64,000 nucleotides of DNA from Patescibacteria group bacterium UBA6241 (GTDB lineage Bacteria > Patescibacteriota > Minisyncoccia > Phycocordibacterales > Phycocordibacteraceae), in NCBI GenBank assembly GCA_002441425.1, contig DJWB01000001.1:15087-79086 (forward strand), read 5' to 3'. Made by a program: the position numbers and the translations under genes. Below, piece by piece: positions 61,259 through 64,000 of the stretch (positions are counted from its first letter, which is position 1; the number at the start of each line of letters is the position of its first letter). The notes below the pieces were generated by a model, which was given only the letters and a program-made list of their open reading frames with translations, was not told where the DNA came from and did no database searches.

Positions 61259-63034
61259 ATGAGAACTATGTGGAGAGATGATTTACCGCAAACTACTAAT
61301 CCGTTGCGGTTTTTCCTATTTGCCACCAAGCCCCACTGGCGCATGGCAGTACTCGCCACGTTCTTTGTGGTACTCGCGAGTGTTGCGCGAGCCCTCGTCC
61401 CATTCATATATAAGGTCATCGTAGATACGGCAACAACGCTTACAACAACAGGCAGTTACGAAACCCTCTGGAGTGCCGTTATTTTCTTTCTCATAATTTC
61501 GCTCGCGAGCAATTTGCTATGGCGAGCAAGCGGATTCTCTGGCATGCGCTGGGCAACAGGTGTCCGTGCTACAGGCCGTGCAGCGCTCACTTCATACCTA
61601 ACATCCCATAGCCATCAGTATTTCTCTGATCGGTTCGCAGGTTCGCTTTCAAACAAGACAAAGCAAGCAGGAGATAGCTTGCGTGATTTTACAGAAGCAT
61701 GGCTCTGGCAGTTCCTCGCATTCTTTATCTCAGTTATTGCGAGTTTCATCATTGTCTTTGCAACAAGCCCAATTGTCGGGTTTATTCTGCTCGGACTTTT
61801 TGTATTCATCACGCCGTTAAACATTTATCTAGCACGCAAGCGTATCCCGCGCTCCGTTGCTGCTCAGGCATCAGAGACAAAACTTAATGGAGCATCAGTA
61901 GATCTCATAACAAACATTACGGCTGTGCATGAGTATGCACGCAGACCGTTTGAGATGCTTCGCCTCAAAGAGCTTATTAATGAAAGAAGGGAGCTCGGCA
62001 TGCGTAACTGGCGCTTTGGCGAGTGGGTACTCGTTGGCAATAACCTCATTCAAGCAATATTCACAGGAGGAATGTTGCTGGTTTCTGTGTACCTCGCTAC
62101 ACAGGGAATTATTACTGCAGGAGACGTGATCCTCTTCCTTACTATGGTTGCGCTACTAGAGGACCAACTTACCTTTATTGGAAGCCAGTTCAATAGCTTT
62201 GCTGAAAGCTGGGGAACTCTAGAGGATAGTCTTACAGAAATTACTGAGCCGTACGATGTCGCAGACGTCCCAGGAGCAGCACCCCTCCCTATTAAAGATG
62301 GATCAATCTCTCTTGAGGATGTGTCCTTTGAATATGCAGCTGGCCCCGTGTTTACGAATCTCACGCTCCATATACCTGCAGGGCAGAAGGTAGGTGTTAT
62401 AGGAAGAAGCGGTGCGGGCAAGTCTACCCTTATGAAGTTGTTGCTTCGTCATTACGACCTTCCACAGGGCAAGATTCTTATTGATGGACAGGATATTACG
62501 AGCGTTACTAAAGAAAGTCTGCGTGCTGCTGTTGCCGTTGTTCCGCAGGAGCCTGCACTCTTCCATAGAAGCATTAGTGAGAATATTGCATACGGAAAGG
62601 CCGATGCAACACGAGAAGAAGTTGTACATGCTTCGCTTCAGGCTCAGGCCCACGAATTCATTGAGACTCTCCCGCAAGGCTATGACACAACCGTAGGAGA
62701 GCGTGGCGTTAAGCTTTCAGGAGGACAGAGACAGCGTGTTGCAATTGCGCGCGCACTCTTAAAGGACGCTCGTATTCTTCTTTTGGACGAGGCTACCAGT
62801 GCGCTTGATAGCGAAAGCGAGGTGCTCGTACAAAAAGCACTTCTTACGCTTATGGAAGGACGTACGGTTATTGCAATTGCACACCGCCTATCTACGCTAC
62901 GAGCGATGGATCGTCTGATTATCTTTGATAAGGGAGAAATCGTTGAAGACGGAACGCATGACGAGCTTATCGCAAAGGGAGGACTATATGCAGACCTTTG
63001 GAATCACCAAGCAGGCGGATTCCTAGAAGAGTAA
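61259..63034 (+). CDS. ABC exporter, fused TMD and ATPase
   Basis: GRSGAGKST, LSGGQRQR, LLDEATSALD. Confidence 0.95.
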   Translation: MRTMWRDDLPQTTNPLRFFLFATKPHWRMAVLATFFVVLASVARALVPFIYKVIVDTATTLTTTGSYETLWSAVIFFLIISLASNLLWRASGFSGMRWATGVRATGRAALTSYLTSHSHQYFSDRFAGSLSNKTKQAGDSLRDFTEAWLWQFLAFFISVIASFIIVFATSPIVGFILLGLFVFITPLNIYLARKRIPRSVAAQASETKLNGASVDLITNITAVHEYARRPFEMLRLKELINERRELGMRNWRFGEWVLVGNNLIQAIFTGGMLLVSVYLATQGIITAGDVILFLTMVALLEDQLTFIGSQFNSFAESWGTLEDSLTEITEPYDVADVPGAAPLPIKDGSISLEDVSFEYAAGPVFTNLTLHIPAGQKVGVIGRSGAGKSTLMKLLLRHYDLPQGKILIDGQDITSVTKESLRAAVAVVPQEPALFHRSISENIAYGKADATREEVVHASLQAQAHEFIETLPQGYDTTVGERGVKLSGGQRQRVAIARALLKDARILLLDEATSALDSESEVLVQKALLTLMEGRTVIAIAHRLSTLRAMDRLIIFDKGEIVEDGTHDELIAKGGLYADLWNHQAGGFLEE

Positions 63035-63072
63035 ATCCCTGAAGATTTAGTTCAGGGATGTACTGTGTGGGG

Positions 63073-63145
63073 TGGGCGATACAGGATTCGAACCTGTGAC
63101 CCTCTCAACGTCAATGAGATGCTCTACCAACTGAGCTAACCGCCC
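63073..63145 (-). tRNA. tRNA-Val(GAC)
   Basis: GGGCGGT/ATCGCCC, TCTCA-tt-GAC-gt-TGAGA, GGTTCGAATCC. Confidence 0.95.
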
Positions 63146-63189
63146 GAGAACGCTCGCACTATACCGGAATTATAGGTACCATTCAAGAC

Positions 63190-63810
63190 ATGGAACAGGT
63201 ATCACTCACGCCGCAAACACAAGAATCTCTTATACAAAAGGCAGTTGAAGTTCTCTCACAAGGAGAGATTCTCCTGTACCCAACAGATACCGTGTACGGA
63301 CTTGGTGTTGATGCTACGGACGAAGATGCTATAGCAGCACTTAGGGATTTAAAGGGAAGAGATGAGAAGAAGCCTATTCTCATTATGCTCCCTTCAGTTG
63401 AGTCTATTGAAGACTATGCAGAAATGAATGAGGAAGCGTACCGGTTGGCGGAAGCATTTCTCCCAGGACCCCTAACACTTGTACTCCCTGCAAAGAAGTC
63501 TGTGTCCTATTCAGTTACGTTCAACAGAACTGTTGGTATACGAATTCCAAACGATCCGTTTTGTCTTGCGCTCTCAGCTGCGTTTGGGAAACCTATAACA
63601 ACAACGAGTGCAAACAGAAGTGGAATGGATCCAAAAGATACGGTGCCTGAGATTCTTTCTCAGTTTGGATTCCATGCTGAGTCCATAAGCCTTGCAATAG
63701 ATGCAGGTGCGAAAGGAAAGTCGCAGCCTTCAACTATTGTTTCAATAACAGACAGTGGCACCACCGTACTTCGCGAGGGAGCGCTCTCAAGAGAAGTCCT
63801 GGGACTATAG
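63190..63810 (+). CDS. tsaC: Threonylcarbamoyl-AMP synthase (Sua5/YrdC)
   Basis: PTDTVYGL, KGR...KP, PGPLT, TSAN.SG, PSTIV. Confidence 0.93.
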   Translation: MEQVSLTPQTQESLIQKAVEVLSQGEILLYPTDTVYGLGVDATDEDAIAALRDLKGRDEKKPILIMLPSVESIEDYAEMNEEAYRLAEAFLPGPLTLVLPAKKSVSYSVTFNRTVGIRIPNDPFCLALSAAFGKPITTTSANRSGMDPKDTVPEILSQFGFHAESISLAIDAGAKGKSQPSTIVSITDSGTTVLREGALSREVLGL

Positions 63811-63865
63811 AAAGAAGCCCCGGGGTGTAAGTCCGAGGCTTGTGTTGTTTGTTGGTCGCCCTGAT

Positions 63866-64000
63866 TTAGGCGGCCGGGTTGCAGGTGGCGCCGGAGACGG
63901 TGAATTCCAGGGCGTCTCCGCCGGTCACCTGGCAGGCCCAGCGACGGCCGTCGTCCAGGCGGACGATGTAGCTCGTCGCGCTGCCCATGCCGTGCTTGGT
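63866..64000 (-). CDS. 3' end of a GC-rich orphan gene (starts beyond the window)
   Basis: ..TKHGMGSATSYIVRLDDGRRWACQVTGGDALEFTVSGATCNPAA*; third positions nearly all G/C; terminator at 63815-63841. Confidence 0.7.
   Translation of the reverse strand, partial: TKHGMGSATSYIVRLDDGRRWACQVTGGDALEFTVSGATCNPAA

Overview
Gene-dense bacterial chromosome segment, standard genetic code (TGA is used as stop). The gene set and synteny (rnj-oppA-secG, murJ-lepA-ftsB-like, hsp20-prsW-valS, DUF2914, DUF192, Gmad2, TsaD with an internal insertion) suggest Patescibacteria/CPR, probably Parcubacteria; this is an inference. It holds about 75 CDS (groES/groEL, typA, lepA, valS, tsaD, tsaC, rnj, DEAD-box helicase, RND efflux pair, mltG, nth, mutY, ahcY, msrB, etc.), RNase P RNA and four tRNAs. 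I see no CRISPR array, integrase or transposase. Main observation: two classes of genes. (1) Resident genes lack Shine-Dalgarno (SD) sites, and more than 20 have a TAnnnT -10 box 6-10 nt before the ATG, i.e. they look leaderless. (2) Five complete solitary GC-richer orphan genes (2097, 20884, 39035, 51642, 56817) have SD sites, and their 5' leader base-pairs with their own 3' trailer. This closes the ORF into a panhandle (about 40 bp for the 20884 gene, weakest for 56817) that often buries the SD. Two of them are unannotated 42- and 47-aa Pro-rich peptides sharing a [FY]DGPxExxPPP motif. The GC-rich partial genes at both window edges (pyrF and 63866-64000) may belong to the same class. All base-pairings were traced by eye, not computed.
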